From NCBI GenBank assembly GCA_951406725.2, contig OX597832.1, forward strand, positions 39,742,001 through 39,806,000: DNA of 64,000 nucleotides. The letters run 5' to 3'. The stretch's first letter is position 1. Every line of letters begins with the position of its first letter. The notes under the pieces were generated by a model, which was given only the letters and a program-made list of their open reading frames with translations, was not told the DNA's origin and did not search any database. This DNA comes from Octopus vulgaris. Lineage: Eukaryota. Shown here in pieces: positions 61,945-64,000 of this stretch. The position numbers and the translations under genes were made by a program.

Positions 61945-64000
61945 GGAAGAAAGAAAGGATTTTAAAATCCAGGCAGATATCGATAATATTGTGAAAAAAA
62001 AGCATCCAACATAAATTTCACCAACACAGTTGACATTTTGTGCAAAATGCTTAGTGAAAAGAGTTCACTGTTTAATACTAGATGGAAACATTTAAACCTA
62101 GAAATGAGCAAAGATGAAATCTTCACTACTTATACAGGCAAAGTCAGCGAAGAATGTGAGAGATTCAGGCTGGATATGCTTACTCCAGATTCTTTCAAGC
62201 GTTTGATTTTTGCACAAGGTTCTGCATTCCTTTTGTCCTATTTTTCATCATGTGTATTAGCACAATACACATCTTGCTCGGCGGAATGGACCAATTCATA
62301 ACACATGTAATCTATGCACATGGACGAACATTCCAAAACGTAAGAAATGTTGCTTTAATGGTTCCTGATTTGGCCCACTTCCTGGTGACAAAAGGAACTC
62401 AGAAATCCAAATAGAAAATTCTATCAGAACTGGAAATGAACCAGGATTTGACATTGCAGAAACTGTCGGAAGAGTGTAACGAAAGAAATTCAACGGAAAG
62501 TGTGTTTTCACATAAGACCAGTGCAAAAAAAGTCGGAAGACAAAGTGTTGCAGGAAAAACGGAAAAGATATTGGGATGTAGACCCATGTATGTCATGTGG
62601 TGGAATGCACCTGGAAAAAGATTGTCCATATAAAACAGCAAAGTGTTTTCGCTGCAGGTTTACAGGACATAAAATTGCACTGCAAAACTAGAATGATAGG
62701 CAAATAGGAGAAACAAGAAAAAATAAGTCAGTAGGAAAAGTTGTGTGGACAGCAAACAGAAAATTTGTGAATGTGAGAATTGAAACCACCTGTGTCAGAA
62801 TGCTATTAGACAACAAAGGAACAAATATATGTAATCAGAATATATGTAATCCGAACCAATTAGCGTATGGTGTTACAGGAAGAAAATTATATTTAACAGG
62901 CGAACGTGTTTGTAATGTAATGTTCAAAGGTCAAACCAAAAATGTGAATGTTTATGTGTTGAAAAACAAATCTATGAATTCATCTGGTACTGAATGTATG
63001 GAGAAATTTAATACACAGGGCACACCCATAAGTATTCTGTGCAATAATGGAAATGGAACAATCAAACAATCAAATGAGATCGATGAGATGAAAAAATAAA
63101 AGAAACTTTCCCAAAAGTTTTTTTGGGGAGGTTTAGGCCGTTGCCTGAAAACAAAAGCAAGGATTGCTGTGAAAGAAAATTCAACATCTATTTTTAGGCC
63201 CAAACAGAACGTGCCATTTGTGGCAGTAGACCCGGTCAATAAAGAACTAGAAAGGTTGGAAAGTCTGAATATAATTGAAACGATTGACCATGCAGACTGG
63301 TCAGTACCAGTGGTCAATTTAAAAAAAAAAAGCTAAGAGTGTGCACAGACTTCTCAGCTGGATTAAAAGACTGTTTACTCACACACAATTATCCACTACC
63401 GAGCCCAGAAGGAGCATTTGCTAAACTAAATGGAGAGGAAATTTTCTCCAAGTTAGACTTCTCAGAGGCAAACCTTCAAATTCAGTTAGAGGAAGATTGC
63501 ACACATCTACTAACAATCAACATGCACTGTGGATTGTACGAGTTCAAGCGACTGCCATTTGGACTAAAAGTGACACCTGCCGTATTCCAACAGGTGTCAA
63601 GTGATTGCGACTTCACCATCGCATACCTCGATGACATTTTGATAAACAGAGAGTCTCAGGTGCAGCATGTCGACCACAGAATGTATTTGAGAGAATAAAA
63701 CAGCCTAAAACTGACTGAAGAAAAATGGGAATTTTTTATGGAAAAAATGAAATTCCTGGACCAAGTAATTGATGAAAGTGGCAATACGAATTATGCCACT
63801 CCTGACAAACATGACAATGCTACTAGCATTCCTAGGCTTGGTAAATTATTACCGAGTGTATATCCCAAATATACATACGGTAAAGGACTACTTGAGGAAT
63901 TATTAAAAAAGATACCTAATGAGTTTGGACAGAGAAATGCCAGAAAGCATTTAACGAGTTAAAAGATGTGTTAACTTCAGACTTATATTTTACACATTTC
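61945..64000 (+). mobile_element. Decayed Ty3/Gypsy LTR retrotransposon gag-pol (K02A2.6-like), continues past the window end
   Basis: Gag SLFNTRWKHLNL..FKRLIFAQG; zinc knuckles CMSCGGMH..C and CFRCRFTGH; protease-like VRMLLD; RT YPLP..FSKLD..LPFGL..PAVFQ..AYLDDILI. Many stops and frameshifts. Confidence 0.9.

Noticed and set aside
61945-64000. Active or domesticated Gypsy gene
   Set aside because: Multiple stops and frameshifts across gag, protease and RT; no 5' LTR or PBS identified.

Overview
Eukaryotic, AT-rich, very repeat-dense genomic DNA. The SINE and microsatellite landscape suggests an octopus (coleoid cephalopod); this is an inference. Two protein-coding genes are supported, both on the + strand. 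(1) A complete 16-exon CCT2 gene (TRiC/CCT chaperonin subunit beta, 11254-29406; my splice reconstruction gives 1614 nt, 537 aa). It has an ATG-only first coding exon, an apparent GC-AG first intron and a five-unit heat-shock element just upstream of the start codon. (2) The 5' part of an unidentified gene, with exon 1 at 35411-35426 and a Q/S/H low-complexity exon at 55116-55534 after a ~19.7-kb intron. The rest consists of at least four modular SINE families (tRNA-like heads visible in families B and D), MITEs (piggyBac-like, hAT, mariner-like, Kolobok-like, one unclassified), decayed CRE, RTE, L1/Tx1-like, Helitron, mariner and Ty3/Gypsy fragments, and many microsatellites, including a ~3.6-kb (GGTT)n array. 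Nearly all ORFs in the supplied track are repeat artefacts. I found no unambiguous new multi-gene system. The best leads are CCT2 5'-end regulation (HSE, GC donor, flanking inverted repeat), chimeric and tandem SINE structures, intronic dsRNA-forming elements and the polarized GGTT array. Repeat boundaries were read by eye and are approximate unless TSDs are quoted.
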